Position numbers and translations under genes: made by a program. Below the pieces are notes generated by a model. It was not told the origin of the DNA. It searched no databases and was given only the letters and a program-made list of their open reading frames with translations. From Chiloscyllium plagiosum (taxonomy: Eukaryota), in assembly GCF_004010195.1 (NCBI RefSeq), contig NC_057718.1, positions 54,199,585-54,263,584 of the forward strand: a stretch of 64,000 bases of DNA, given 5' to 3'. Shown one piece after another: positions 37,886 through 52,914 of the stretch (the first letter of the stretch is position 1; every line of letters begins with the position of its first letter).

Positions 37886-40539
37886 TTATTTCAATGTTAA
37901 TTTAGTATTTTGCTGATTTTCCTGAGGTGGCTGTAGCATCGTACAGAACCCTTTCTATGTATGAAGCTATCTCTACAAATAATGAAGTCTATTTTCTATA
38001 ACTTAGAGCAGTCATTAATTGTTGGAGAGAATCATAATTTGGTTGTTATCTACACCCAAGTCTCAGCAAACAAAATAACACTGGAAATAACAAATTCGTA
38101 GAGACCTTAGTTATTACCTTTCTGCTTCTTTCAGGATTCTGTGATGATACAATAATATATTTATATCAGTAAGGAATAGTCAATCAACAAAAAGCTTCTC
38201 AATGGACCATTTGGCTGATTTCATGGGGAATGAAAATGAGCTGGAAATAGCTTAAACAGCCATGAAAATAGTTCCTCTTCTCCACAATTATATTGACCTG
38301 TCAGAGGCTAGGAAAGAATGGAATTCTCATAAGCTTGGATTCAATAGGCTTGAAATGTAAATGACAGATCATCTCAGAAGATAATTATAACATAATATTG
38401 CTCTGACAATTAAAGTCATATCGAATGAAGCCAGAACACTGTAGTGAAACATTTTATGGACTAAGATGTAAATATTCCCATAAGGTGCAAGAAATCTGTG
38501 AATATAAATGCACTTAGCAATTGTACCCTAGAAATTATTGTGATGGCATTTTGCAAACACAATGCATAAATTGTCAGACTCATTTCTCTGCCACAACAAT
38601 GGAGGCATTAATCGGCTTATTTCTCACAGGTAATTGCCCCACTTAAAACAGTGAAAGGAAGAATTTAATGTGAATTCAAGAAGTATTCATACAGTAATAT
38701 AGCCAAAGGTGATTTCTAGCCTTTAGAAAGTTATGATAGTTGATTAGCCATTCATAACCAATGGATAGAAAACCAAGATGGAGGTCAATGAAATGTCATA
38801 ATATTCCCTTCTGATTAATAGACCGCTTGCTTGTTAAGCTTTTCCATGTGAAAATATAAATACTGTTAATGTTGAATTTAAGCAAATATTTACAGTTTAT
38901 CAAATAAGGATAGATATTATTTACAATAATGATTTTATTGCAAAATCTTATACTAGATTGATATTTATCTTTGTGAAGTAATATGAATCTAAAAGAAAAG
39001 CAGTTAATAATTGAAGTGAACTAAGAGAACAATGTGTTTGCCTTCAATATTGATTTTTAGTTGTTGCTATTTTAAGTAGTAACCTTTTTTATCTCATAAA
39101 CTTTATCAGCAATGAGTGGATAGAAAGCAACTATTTCCTTGACAAAGAGGTTAATAACCATAGAACATTGAATTAAAGTAATTAGCAAGAAGGGCTAGAG
39201 AGGTTTTAGGAGGTTGTTTTAATCGAAAGGCTCTGGAATTCTTTGAATGGCTGGTAGCGACACTTTTAAAATATATGTCGGTGGGTATTTGAAATGCCAT
39301 AACCTACAAGGCTATGGACTAAGAGCTGGAAAATGGGATTTGACTCCCCAGTTCTTCTTCAGCTTTCTGCCCATATGTTTTTTACATTGCAAGGACATTA
39401 ACCCCTTGCTGCAACCCCAGAATAATACACATCACTTTGTGTAGTGAGGCTAGATATTAATGCATTAGGAAAAGCATTAAAATCAAATGAGTTAGAGAGA
39501 GACTGATGTCCAAATCTTGCTGGAATATGTCCTGTTAATTAAACTTCTTCCCACACCCTTCTGCTTGAAATGGTTTAATCCAACAAGTCGTTGGAACTAT
39601 GCATTGAGAACAATAATGTGAGAGCAATGAGACTTTTGAAAACTTAGGACAATAACTTGCTGGAACAGAGCACATGCCCCTGGTTGGCCTTTACTCATTA
39701 ACGCAAAAGTTTTCTTACCTTGTCAAATACAGGGTATGGAATGTATGAGCTGGTAAGATTGCAATGAGATCATCTGGGAATCTCATGAGCAAGGAGTCTG
39801 TTGTATGGACATGCCAACTCACTCTGCAGTGTAAATTTCTGCTCAGGATGAAGATAGCGTTAACATCATCTTTCTGTACAGGAAACTACAAGACTTGCTT
39901 GATCACTTCCTGGTCTAACTAGAACAGTCACTTGTCATTATGTTAATAAGGATTAGATTGAATTTTCTGTGAGTAGTTCATGTAATCCAAAGCAGATTAC
40001 TGGGCATCCTAAGAAAGTGTTCAGTTGTAGTAACATGGCAAAGTCTAGCACCATCCCCCACATAAATAGCAATGTTGTAAGAATTGGTGAGCAGATTTCA
40101 GCCATCAAAGCAGTAGATGTCATGAAAGTACTTTTGTACAGAGAAATGGAAGTACAGACAAATCCCAAGTACTCCTATTTAGATCCAAGGCATTATCAAT
40201 TGATTACATTTCAAAGTTATCTCGAAAATTATCTTCTGCTAGTATTACAAATAAAATCAAGGAACTAAACCCATAAATCAGGCTTATAGGGTATATCATT
40301 GCAGAAACCCATCTGGAACCATGGTAAGACAAGAAATTAACTTGTATCAGGGTATAGAATGTTTCAAAATGTCAGTAAAATAGGAATGATGGGGTGGAGG
40401 TTTGAGCTGTTTCTGGAAACATTAAGAAAATGCATTATCAAGAAAGGAAGGATCTAAATAAGCACAGACAGTTTTGTGGAATTGAAGTGTGATTGCATGT
40501 TCTGGTATTTAGAAACCTAGGCCCAACCATATTCAGCTG

Positions 40540-41460
40540 CTTCATTTGTGACTTTCCCTTCAACATAAAGGTCCAAACTGGGGATGTTCATTGATATTTG
40601 CACAATGCCCAGCATCATTCACAAATCCTCAAGTATTGAAACAGTCCATGTCTAAATGCAACAAGACCTAGACAATATCTTGATGAAATATCGACTATCC
40701 TGCTCCTCGGATGTTGCCCGTCCTGCTGTGTTTTTCCAGCGCCACACTTTTTGACTCTGATCTCCAACATCTGCAGTCCTCACTTTCTCCCAATATCCAG
40801 GTTTGGTCAGTTAAGTAGCACATAGCATTCACACCATAAAACTATGAAGCATTGATCACTCCAACAAAAGAAAATATAATCATCCTTCCTTGACACTCAA
40901 AGCATTGACACCAGTGTATAACTCACCTTGTGATGTTCCAAAGCCTGTCCAACACCTACAGGAACGTCAGGAGAGTGATAGAATACTCCCCCTTGCCTGG
41001 AATGTACACCTCCATCTCTACTCAAGAAGCATCAGAAGCACCATCCAGAGCAAAGCAGAATGCTTTACTGACACCACATCTACAAATATTCATTCCCTCC
41101 ACCATCGATGCTTAGTAGCAGCATTATGCCCCATCTTTAAGATGCACTGCAGAAATTCACCAAGGTTCCTTAGACAGCACCTTCTAAAGCCATGACAAAT
41201 TCCATCTAGAAGGACAAGGCAGTAGATATATGGAAATATCATCACTGGCAAGTTCCCATCCAAGCTACTCACCATTCTGATTTAGAAATGTATCTCTGGA
41301 TCAAAATCCTGGAACCCCATCCTTATCAGTATTTTGGGTCTACCAAATGGACTGTATGGGTCAACAAGGCAGATAACTACCATCTTCTCAAGCACGACTA
41401 GAAATGATCAATGAAGGCTGGCCCAGCCAGTGATGCCCACTTCACATAAATAAATATTAA
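40540..41460 (+). mobile_element. LINE family B 3' fragment with PLE insert (40680-40790, TSD caatatc)
   Basis: Homologous to 16720-17400; caatatc flanks the PLE tail on both sides. Confidence 0.75.
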
Positions 41461-43074
41461 ACAAATTAAGTGACAAGAGGAGATGCAAAATACTATTAGT
41501 AAATTATAGGCTTACTGACTGCAATAATTTCACCATGCAACATGTATATATGCAGATTACAGATGCCTGTAAGAAGGATAATATGATAATAATAAAGATT
41601 GTGATTTGTGATATTTTGCGAGAGAAATCAAAATGAGTAGGAAAGGAAATAGATTTATTGAATATTGTCTGTTCAAGATCGTCTCACAGCAGTATGTTTC
41701 TAATCAGCTATCAGAACAGGCAAGGGTTGATGCATAATGAACAGGATGGACATCTATTTATAACATTTTGTGAATACTGACCATAATATGATGAACAAAA
41801 AGAAGAAATTGCTGGAAAAGTTCAGCAGGTCTGGCAACATCTGTGGAGAGAAATCAGAGTTAACATTTCAGATCTGGTGACCCTTTCTCAGAATTATGGT
41901 CAATAAGTGGACTTTATTAAAATGAATCAGTCTAAATGCAGAATCTATTTTTTTAAAAAGTTATTGGATTGCAAACAAACATTGAATGATGTAATAAATA
42001 TTTCTGTGGTAATGTTAAGTGAGGACGACTCGAATCAGTGGTAAGCAGAAAGTAAAAGGATGTTTGAGTCAGGATGAATAAAGATGAGAGCAACTAGGAC
42101 TGGGAAGATTTTCAGTTGCGACAAGAAAAGAATAATAAAACAACAGGAAAGAAATTGAGAACCATTCCCAAAGTGGAAAATGGAGATATCAAAAAATCAT
42201 CAACATCTCATGGCCATGTGACAAGTTTCCCTGAGAAATATTCAGTGTTTATGGGCTTGGAAACTTACATCTTACATTTTTTTACTGAACCATTTGCAAT
42301 GTGGACAAGTAGCCTCAATCGATGGAGCTATTTCAGATTAGTTATGAGTAATGACTTATTGAGAGAGCAGCAAATTGCTAGAGAATTTAGATTAAGCCGG
42401 TGATGAAAAGATGGCATGTGCAATTTCACGTAACAAGAAATGAGGTAATCAAATGTTGGCATGAGCATGACAGATAGGAATTGAATCTAAATGTGTGATT
42501 GCTCATGGGTCACTAAAAGCTGCTCCACAACCTGCAAAGGAGCAAATGGGATGATGAAGTAATTGCCAGAAAGAAGTATACGGATAGTGTTCCTGATGAG
42601 ATGTGCTGATAGTACTGGCACCCGTCAGATTAACAGGAACTGGAGAGTGAGATGACAGTACTTAAACATCATTTTTATCCAATGATCAGACTATGGCACT
42701 TTACACAACTCTTTTGATACATATAAGTCTATCACTCACTACATGCAATCATCCAATTCAGCTCTTGCAATTTGCTCAAAAACTTACTAGGTCTGATTTT
42801 CATGTCTTCATCCATGCCAGAATATGGATTGAAAAGAAGCATATCGGATCCAATTCCAGAAACCACCCTCCACCCTCCCCCCATTCCATAAAATCGTGTG
42901 GGATTTTATGTTCCATGCGATAGGTAGTAAGGTTGTAATCAGCAATCCTTTTCCTAATGCATTGTGGGAGTAGGCATATTGAACATGACGAAGATCCATT
43001 TTGAAAGCGATTGTGGTTAAGCAAGTTTCATAGGAGTTCTAAACAACAGGGAATCCCTAGTTCCAAGTGGAAAT

Positions 43075-43381
43075 GATTAGATTAGATTACTTACAGTGTG
43101 GAAACAGGCCCGCCCAACATGTCCACACCGACCTTCCGAAGAGCAACCCACCCCCATACATTTACCCCTTCACTTAACGGTATGGGCACTTTAGCATGGC
43201 CAATTCACCTAACCTGCACATTTTCGGAATGTGGGAGGAAACCGGAGCACCCAGAGGAGACCCACGCAGACATGGGGAGAATGTGCAAACTCCACACAGA
43301 CAGTTGCCTAAGGCAGGAATCGAACCCGGGTCTCTGGCACTGTGAGGCAGCAGTGCTAACCATTGTGCCACTGTGACGCCC
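43075..43381 (-). mobile_element. HE1-type SINE
   Basis: (TCTAA)n tail and tRNA head on the minus strand. Confidence 0.88.
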
Positions 43382-44269
43382 ATTCCAAGTGGAAATCTGC
43401 TACTAAATTCTTTAATTGACAAGCTTTAAGTACAAAAAAGATGTTCTTTCCGTTTCATTAATTAGATGCTGCACTGCGAGTTGTCAGTTTTAGTATGGTA
43501 TCTGATGAAAAATCTCTGTCCAGCAAAGTTGGACATTATATGACCACTATGGTTGAAGTGTTAGCATGCATGAATTACCACAATGCAAAACTTAGAAAGT
43601 GGAATATGAGAAAAACTAGTTGGTAATCTGAAAGCACAATAAACTTTCACACAGGCATTTAAAATGGAATGGAGTAAGTAAGCTGAGTGGTGATCCTCTA
43701 GAAAGTTGACTGAATCCTGTGATTGTTTTTGGTTAAGTTCGAGTGGCATCAAGTGTTTTTTGAGGAATTTCCTCCACGAGGCTATGTGAGTTTTCTCACC
43801 AAATTCACCCCATCTACCTAGCCCCAATCCATCACATCCAATTCTGATCCCATCATAACACACACCAGTCTCAGAACAACTCACCAAGCAGCAGATATCC
43901 ACCAAAACAGCAGCATCCCTTGCACCATCATAACAGGACAAGTGTTGGCAATCTGGTATTACCCCTCACCAGCAATGTCATTGCAAAGCAGCCACAATGC
44001 TACATTGCTCAAGACACATAGCTGGTCAAGTTGGCACTCGCTCACACATGCAACCCCATTCTCTCACTCTTGCCACTATCTATTCACCATGCTACCCAGC
44101 TGATCTGTCCATTGCTTTGTGGCCAATGCCTATTGTAGACCTACAGTAGGGGAACATCAAATACAGGCAAGCGTTTGGACAATGCATAGCAGATTTTGGC
44201 ATCATAACCAATGACTATTTTACAGTCACAATGTTCTGCTGCACCCAGCTCCCATTTATTGGTAGAAAG

Positions 44270-45100
44270 CATCAATGAGGTTCTGTTTGGATCATAGACA
44301 CTGTCACAGCTGAGCTCTGTCATAGACAATGTCCTTGTTCTTTTCCTTGGAAGACTGCTCCTATTCCACAATCAATCATCATCCAAGCCATTGCTGCTTT
44401 GCTTGCTCAATTGTGCAGAGCACAGCACACCAGGATAATGTGTCACACTGTTTGGACAATACTGGAGGGCCCTATCCCACTCCATGCTAGACTGGTCCAG
44501 GCAGCAGATCTCCATCTTCAGCAACCTATTGTCAGCTCCACCATGGCCGTGGTTGAAGCCTGGGCAGTATGGAATCTATGCTCTGCATTAATCAGGGGTT
44601 GTGCAATGACATTATGAACCATTGTCACAGTCAGTAGCCCTTGCCTCCTACCACTCCCCCCCAACCTCCGTATCCAACCTTGTAGGGCACCTGGACTCTC
44701 AAACTCACTGGGCACAGGACACTATTTCAGGATGTCAGAGTCATGCCAGCTGCCAGGCGAGTGGCCCAGGCTGCAGCCCTGACCTTGTCATAGGAAAACA
44801 AAATGAACCACTGCGATGGTACACAGATGGCATCAGTCACAATCCTAATGTATTTGTGGGTGCACACTGAGAGGTTTCACATGGGTCATCTGTCACCCCC
44901 TGGAAGGAGCCAGTCACATTGATGTTCAAAGTGACAGTTGCATTCACAACCAGAGGGAGAGGATGGTCTCCCACTCCTGCAACACTCCAATCCTGCTCCA
45001 GTATCAGGCAAAGTTCTGTTACATTGCCCCAGGAAATACGGAGCCTCCATTGTCACTGCACCTCACTCATCCCCAGGAAATGGAGTCAGGGCTGAAATGC
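44270..45100 (-). pseudogene. PIF/Harbinger (HARBI1-like) DDE transposase relic
   Basis: Minus-strand fragments TGSFQGVTDDPCETSQ..HKYIRIVTDAI; AEHRFHTAQASTTAMVELTIG..LKM..CLDQS..ALQYCP..IILVCCALHN. Confidence 0.8.
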
Positions 45101-45509
45101 TCTGGTCCTTCTATGGATCCCACACATCCTGAGGGAATCTGCAGCTGTGACATCTCCATCCGCTGCTCCTGGGCTTGCCAGCATCCCTGATCCTCCTGTA
45201 TCTGCCTGCTCCTTCTGAGGAACACATCTACAATGACTATCAGTCAGGCATAGCACTCTCAGTTGAAGTGACCTCCTTTTGAAATGGAAGATATGAAACA
45301 TCTCAGATCTTAGGTCTTGGAAGAATCATCATTGGCATATCCTGCAGGAAAAGGCTGAGCACACTTCTTTGTATAGTGAGACATTCTGGACCTCGTCTAG
45401 CATTCATCCACATTTAGCTTCAATGCATACCCTGATAAAGTTGCCGTGTTGGCTGAGTGACCACCACAGACTATTGAAAAAGGAATGCCTTCAGCTCGCC
45501 ATCCACTCA

Positions 45510-48289
45510 CCATTCCAACCCTGTGCCAACTTTAGAGGGTTATGCCTATCAGGATGTTGCTTAATCGGAACAGCATCTCCTATCTCGACATCATGCACAA
45601 TTAGGTTATATTTCCCGGTGTATTTCCGCATATCCCCCCATGTGATAATAATATCTCTTTTCAGGTCATTTAAATTTTCTTGCAGAAGGTAACTCAATAA
45701 TTTATCCCAATTTATAGCAACTTCCTCATTGTCCAATTTGTTTTGAGGAATGTCCAATTCAGAATCCTCTGAACCTGGTTCTTCCTTGTGTACTGTAATC
45801 ATTAACATCTTCTCCTCTTGCTTTCCTTCCCTATCAAAATACCTTTTGAGCATATTCACATGACACACTCGGTGAGATTGCTTCCTGTCAAGAGTCCTTA
45901 TCAAGTAGTTCTCCTCACTCAATTTCCTCTCAATTTGATACGGTCCACTAAACCTGGCTTTTAAAGGCTCACCTGTCACTGGAAGTAATATCAATACTTT
46001 ATCCCCAATTGCAAAATTGCAAATTTTGATTTCTTCTCTGCTTCCTGTTTCATTGTATGCTGCGATTCTTTTAAATGCTGTCTAGCCAGCTCTCCAGCTT
46101 TATTTAATTGTTCTCTAAACTTTGACACAGTCCAAATGGGTGGTCTCTGAATTCTGACTTATTAATTTTGCCTTAATCAATTTTAATGTTCCTCAAAAAT
46201 TAATTCAAATAGATTCATTTGGTGCATCTCTAATCACAAAATGTACAAACGGAACTCCCTTATCCCAATCATCTGGGTAGTCCTGACCATAAGCCCTCAA
46301 CATGGTCTTTAATGTTTGATGCCATCTCTCTAGCCCTACCTGCGCATTTAGATGTAGATTTGAATTGCTTTATTCCTAAGTTATCCATAACCTCCTTGAA
46401 TAGTTTGCATGTGAAGTTTGATCCTTGATCTGACTGGATCTCAATTAGTAATCCGTATCTCAATTGCTGGAATAGGTATTAATGGTGCAAGTTTTATTAC
46501 TTCATGTGGTTTTCCAATTAGCTGACATGTGTGACACATCTGGCAAAATTCAACTACATTCTTGTGTAATCCAGGCCAGCAAAAATGTCTTTGTATTTTA
46601 GCTTGTGTTTTCCTCACTCCTGAATGACCTCCAAGTGGTAGCTCTTGCACCACTCACAGCACGTCCTTTCTCTACCCTACTGGCAAAATAATTTGATGAA
46701 TCTCTGCCTACAGCTGAGAGTTTGTCCTGTACTCCTACCACAAATTCTCTACTTTTTTCTGGAGTCTTTAGCCTCAATTTATATAACTGAGTGCTTTTTG
46801 TCTCACCATGAATTCCTTACCAGTACCTTTTCTGGCAATAGTCACTCAGGAGTAAATAGTTCCACATCCTTCAGCATTACAGACTGAGAGGATCCTATGT
46901 TCCTTAATATTGTAACCTCTTTACATGCTACTCCTGACCTATGTGAATAAACCTTACCCTTGCATGTATATTTTTTAAATAGATCTGGCACTTCCTTAGT
47001 CAACCTCTGATCATCTTGTACAATCTGAGGCAGTTGTCTGATTTCCCTTCTGCTTTTTGTTACTCATCCAACAAAACTTCCAGGCTTGTCTGGTTTTCCT
47101 ACATCTGACTTTCTCCTAGCCCACCAACACCGTGAGTTTGTGTGGCCCACTTTATTACAATGAAAACACTGGAGATTTTTAACTTCTTTATCCCCCTCAA
47201 GGATTTCTTTATTACCCTGTGGTAAGTTATCCTTATGCCCTTTGCCCCAATTTCTATCCCTCATGGACTGAAATTGATTCTGGAGGCCAAACCAAGTTTT
47301 ATGGACCAGCTCATAATCGTCAGCCACTTAGCATTTTAACTGTCTGTTCTTCCACATGAGTTCACACTACTTCAGGCAGTGAATTTTTGAATTCCTCCAA
47401 AATAATTGCCTCTCTAAGGGCGTCATAGATTTGCTCGATTTTTAAAGCTCTTATCCATCTATTGAAATTACTCTTTGATCCTTTCAAACTCAATGTAGGT
47501 TTGACTGGGGTCCCTCCTTGGGTTCCTGAAACATTGTCTATAGGCTTCTGGTACAAGCTCATATGCACTTAAAACACCTCCTCATACTCCCCAGATACCT
47601 CCTTTGATAGGGATGCAAATACCTCACTACCCCTACCTACATGCTTCGTTTGGATCAACAAAACCCACATTGCCACTGGCCACTGCATTTATTGAGTCAC
47701 CTTTTCAAATGAGATAAGAAAGACTTCCACATCCTTCTCATCAAATTTAGGCAATGCTTGAACATATTGAAACAGTTTCTCACTTGGCTTCTGACTACCA
47801 GGGGCTTGCTCATCCTCACTCTCTTCCTCACTAAGCCTACCTTTAGACTTCTGAGAACTCAGTCTATCCAAATTAGACTTAATTATGCTGTTCCTAATAT
47901 ACACAAGAGTCCCAATAAGCAAACCCCCTTAAAAAACAGTAAAAATGGAACATATGCGTACAGGTTAAAGTTAGAAGGGCAGAAGGAGAGAGAGAGAGAG
48001 CCTGATCCACACAGCTGAACTCTTAACTAGTTCTAGACTGAACAGCACAGCTAGAGACCTGACCGCTCCACTTTCATTATACAGGTCACTTCTAAAACAT
48101 GACCACTTTTGTCTGAAGTCTCATCTGTTTACATTTAAACAAAAGGCCTCTCAAAATCCTTTTTCATCTCTGTACCAAACTAGTCTAAACAGAGCCGGGA
48201 GGATTTATGACCCCTCTGAAAAAAGCCAATGAGACAGTATCCTTGAGAAAAGGAACAGCTTTTAGAAAAAAAGGGTCAGCTTTGTGACA
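45510..48289 (-). mobile_element. Gmr1-like Gypsy LTR retrotransposon relic (LTR, gag, IN, start of RT)
   Basis: TGTCAC start at 48289; gag PKFDEKDVEVFLISFEK, ILEEFKNSLP, CCHC CFHCNKVGHTNSRC; integrase HSGVRKT..CHTC, SDQGSNF, GPY; then RT-proximal HDVEIGDAVPIKQHP. Confidence 0.85.
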
Positions 48290-49207
48290 TGAGGAGGAAG
48301 GTATTAGATTACAGGTAGATAGAGACAGATTGGTCAGATGGACAAATCAATGGCATAGGGATTCACTTGGATGAAGGAACAAGATAAGGGAATACTCAAT
48401 GAATGGCAGGACGTTGGGAAGCTCAGAAGAACAGAGGGATCTTGGGGTGTTCATCCACACATCCTTGATGATGGCAGGACAGGTTATTATGGTATTTAAG
48501 AAGGTATTCAGGACATTTGGGTATCAGTCGTGGCATAGATTGTAGGAGCTGAAAAATGTGTCAGCAGGTCAGGCAGCATCAAAGGAGCAGGAGAATCAAC
48601 GTTTCAGGCATAAGCCCTTCTTCAGATTATAGGAGCAGAGAGGTTATGTTGGAACTATACCAACTTTGGTTAAGCCACAGCTGGAGTCCAGTGTGCATTT
48701 CTGGTCACTACACAAGAGGAAGGATGTGACTGAACTGAAGGGGATGCAAAGGAGATTCACCAGTATGTTGTCTGGAATGGAGCATTTCAGCAATGAGGCA
48801 AGGTTTGATAAGCTCTGGTTATTTCAATTGGAACAAAGAAGGTTGAGGGGGACCTGATTGAGGTGTATAAGGGTCATGGACAGGGTGAATAGAAAAAAGG
48901 TGTTCCTCTGAGTTAAAGGGTAAACAAGAGAAGCATAGTTTTAAGGTCAAAGGTAGGAGGTTCAGAGGGAATGTGAGGAAAATCCTTTTCATCCAAAGGG
49001 TGATGGATGTCTGGAATGCAGTGGGTAGTTGAGGTGGCAAAATTTACAATCCTTAAAAATACTTGGAGAAGCACTCGAAGTGTCATAACATTCAAAACTA
49101 TGGGCCTAGTATGGGAAAATGGGACTAGTGTTGGTAGAAGTATATGTTTTGGCAATACAGACTTGATGGACTGAAGGGCGTCTTCTGTACTGCATGATTT
49201 TATGATT
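48290..49207 (+). mobile_element. CR1 3' fragment with PLE tail insert (about 48551-48624)
   Basis: VKPQLESSVHFWS..MQRRFT; TSD agatt(g/a)taggagc around the PLE piece. Confidence 0.8.
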
Positions 49208-50723
49208 ATATGATACCAAGTATTCTGACGGGTGAAGAATAAGCGTCATCTCTTTGTGCTCCTGCAAGAATCAGTTTTGCTGTAATTACATTAGCAAGAA
49301 AATTAAGGAAAAGAATCGCTTTATTCTCCTGCGTGATGCGTAAATTGTAATATGAAGGTTTAAATGTACTCATTCTTTGGGGTGTGGTCAAAGCAACTTG
49401 TAATAGACATTCCACTTGTGCAAACTTCAAATTCCGTTGCCATCCTGTGAGATTGGAAAGTATTAAATTCATGCATTAAACTACAAAGCAGCTGTGGAAA
49501 TACATTTGTAATCTCCTTTCTAAACTGAAATATAAGGCCAGTTTAAATTCCATGTTTTGCTGTTGTGGCAGTGACTCTGCAATTGTCCAGTGAGGAATTA
49601 TGTTTATGAGGAAGGAACACAGCTCATAATCTTAGATCTTGAGGAGTAACCCTTTATATTAATTTGTCTTTGCATATTATCTCACCAATCACAATTTTTT
49701 AGGAGCTGGTTTTGCATGTCTCATCCCTGAGAGAGTGACCTTCAGAGAAAAGCGCTCAGCCAGTCAGACTGCTGTTTCTCACTCAAGCACTGAAAATTCA
49801 GAAGCTACATAACCTCACTCTCATGATTTCTATGAGACTTTGTTCTCTGCCGGTGAAAAGCCAGCTCCATTGTGCACATACAAAATATCAATACTGAACG
49901 CCTGCTTCCTGCTTCTGATCCTACGATGGAAAGCTAGTCAATTAAATATAACTGCAAAGACTTTACCTTTTCTTGTGCAGCTGAACTGTCAGATCAACCA
50001 TTGTATTCCTTTGGGAGCTGATCTTAGTTGGAACTCCACTATTAAAAGGTAAATGCTTTCAACTTACTTCATATGTCGATTTCTCCTGCAAATACTTTGA
50101 GATTTTACACAGTTTTACCAGAACAAATCAGTCACCATAAACTCAGTTTCAAATCTAACATTGAGAGTTGTTACAGTTATTGCTGAAAAGAATTAACTCA
50201 CATGTAAAGTCAATGGTTTCACGTTAAACATCGAATAAACCTTTATTTTACATGAGATATTCTGCATGCCTCCAAGAAGCCTCTAAAAGCCAGTAAATGG
50301 TTCTTTGCTTGCTGGAAATGCTCCCTAAAGGGACTCTTAACATGAAAAAGCCTGTGCAGCAAATGGGAAGTACATGCTAGAAAGCTTCAGATTTTTTACA
50401 ACAGTTGATGTGAAAAAGCCATTCAAAAAGGTTGTGAAACTGAATTAGGGACCATTTATCAACATTGAATGAGATTGTAGAAACTCGATTCTCTTTCTTA
50501 ATGGTTTCTGGATACTGTCCAGTGCTCAATATATGGGGCTTCCTTTGGCTCTGAAGCATTAGACATTAATATCTTCCTGGATGTTCCCGTCAAGAGAGAG
50601 TTCCAATTATATAGCTATATTGTAACGAACTTTGTGCTGCTAGTATTGTAAATGTGAGAAAATGAAGGTTACAGCCTTCTAAATCTTAATTGACAATATT
50701 CTTGGCTCATGTCAAATCCAAGA

Positions 50724-50848
50724 TGAGAACTCCACAGAGGCCAGTATCTCGTCACCAAGTCACCCTTTATTTACACATGGAGATTGATACTGATTCAACT
50801 TCCTCAGAGTCAGTTCACAGCATGAACAGATGACTGATGCTCCAGTTT
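50724..50848 (-). repeat. Partial Gypsy LTR (copy 1), interrupted by Tx1
   Basis: Aligns with 51999-52117 and 57923-58034 (accaagtcaccctttatttacacatgg). Confidence 0.8.
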
Positions 50849-50886
50849 CCTTTTTTCTTTTTTTCTATTCAAGACTCTCCTGTTTA

Positions 50887-51821
50887 TTTTTATTCTTTCC
50901 CCCTTTTTTCCCCCTAACTGCGGTAGTGCTTATTTTTTCCCCAGCACCCATGTTGTGTGTGTGCAGGTGTGACACACAGTAAAAGACACAAGGTGCATGA
51001 ATCTTTATTCAGTTTCCACCACCGGGAAGAAAGGAAACACCCGAGTGGCCTATGACAAGCAGTGCCCTTCACATCAAAGGGCAATACTGTGTGATCAATC
51101 AGTGAAGGGGAGGACAGGGAATAAATCAAAATAGAGTTTGATGGGGAAATAATGCTCTCCCCTCCCTGCGGCGCCCACCTCTCCCTGAACAACTCCAGGG
51201 TGTTAGTGGACACCGCGTGCTCCTTCTCCAAGGACACCCGGGCTCTAATGTAACCGCGGAAGAGGGGCAGGCAGTCGGCCCTAACGACCCCCTCCACGGC
51301 CCGCTGCCTGGACCTGTTTATGGCAAGTTTGGCCAGGCCCAGGAGCAGACCCACGAAGAGGTCTTCAGACCTGCCCTTCCTCCTCCGTACCGGGTGCCCG
51401 AAGATCAGGAGTGTGGGACTGAAGTGCAACCAAAAGCAGAGGAGGAGGTTTTTAAGAAAATCAAAAAGGGAGTGCAAATGCCCACACCCAATATACACGT
51501 GGTCCACAGAGTCCACAGCACCACAGAACAAACAGCTGGGCTGGGAGTCCGGGAACCACCGCAATCTGCAGTTGCAGGGGACCGCTGCGTGCAGCACCCT
51601 CCCCGCCAGATCCCTGAGAGAAAGGGGGAGGACTCCCGCGTAGAGAGCCCTCCACTGGGGATCCCCACCGCCCGGTGGCAAATGGGCACGCCAAGGTGTG
51701 TCCGGATGGTGGATGAGGGAGGAGAGGTGGACGGTGTGCAGCAGCAGTCGATACAGGGCCCACCTTTTTACGTCCTTAAAAGGTAGAAAACTAAAATTCC
51801 GGAGGCGGCTCAGGTTGTAGG
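50887..51821 (-). mobile_element. Tx1/L1-type non-LTR retrotransposon 3' fragment (copy 1)
   Basis: ORF 50914..51681 has the C-terminal CCHC-like domain (WRALY..LHAAV..CLFCGAVDSVDHVYIGC..LAKLAI); A-rich tail. Confidence 0.85.
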
Positions 51822-52117
51822 GATGCTCCTGTTTATTTTTTCTTATGACAAGGAATTTGTCAAGCTATGAGAGTGTGCTCCAGATCATCTAATCATTGGA
51901 AGGGAATTTTCTGTTAAGGATTTTTAATTTTTTACATGTTCAGTAGGGCAGATATAGTGACGATATCTACATTTGTGAAGAAGTCCAAAGTCAGGGGCTG
52001 AAGTAACTCCAAAGAGACCGGTATCCCATCACCAAGTCACCCTTTATTTACACATGGAATTTACTTGACATTGCTCCACCTCCCTCAGAGCCAGCTCTCA
52101 GAGTGAACAGAAGGCCT

Positions 52118-52914
52118 GTTTTTTTTCCTGCGGTAGTGCTTATTTTTTCCCCAGCACCCATGGTGTGTGTGTGTGTAGGTGAGAGACACAAGGTATACGA
52201 ATCTTTATTCAATTTCCACCACCAGGAAGATAGGAAAACACCCGGTGGCCAGTGACAAGCAGTGCCCTTCACAAAAAAGGGCAGTGCTGTGTGATCAAAA
52301 CAGTGAAGGGGAGGGTAGGGACTAAATAAAAATAGAATTGGAGGGGGAAATAATGCACTCCACTCCCTGCAGCACCCACCTCTCCCTGAACATCTCCGTG
52401 GCGTCCACCAACACCCTGTGCTCCTTCTCCAAGGACACCCGGGCTCTAACGTAACCGCGGAAGAGGAGCAGGCAGTCGGCCCTAACGACCCCCTCCACGG
52501 CCCGCTGCCTGGACCTGTTTATGGCCAGTTTGGCCAGGCCCAGGAGCAGACCCACGAGGAGGTCTTCAGACCTGCCCTCCCTCCTCTGTATGGTCCACGG
52601 ACTCCACAGCACCACAGAACAAGCAGTTGGGCTGGGAGTCCGTGAATCACCGCAGTCTGCGGTTGCAGGGGACCGCTGCGTGCAGCACTCTCTCCCCCAG
52701 ATCCCCCTGAGAGAAAGGGGGAGGTTTCCCGCGTAGAGAGCCCTCCACTGGGGATCCCCACCGCCCAGTGGCAAATGGGCACGCCAAGGCGTGTCCAGAC
52801 CGTGGATGAGGGAAGAGAGGTGGACGGTGTGCAGCAGCAGTCTATACAGGGCCCATCTTTTTATGTTCTTAAAAGAGACAAAATTAAAATTCCGGAGGCG
52901 GCTCAGGTTGTGGG
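52118..52914 (-). mobile_element. Tx1/L1-type 3' fragment (copy 2) inside the Gypsy 3' LTR
   Basis: Highly similar to 50887-51821, with an internal deletion near 52590 and the same 5' end. Confidence 0.85.
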
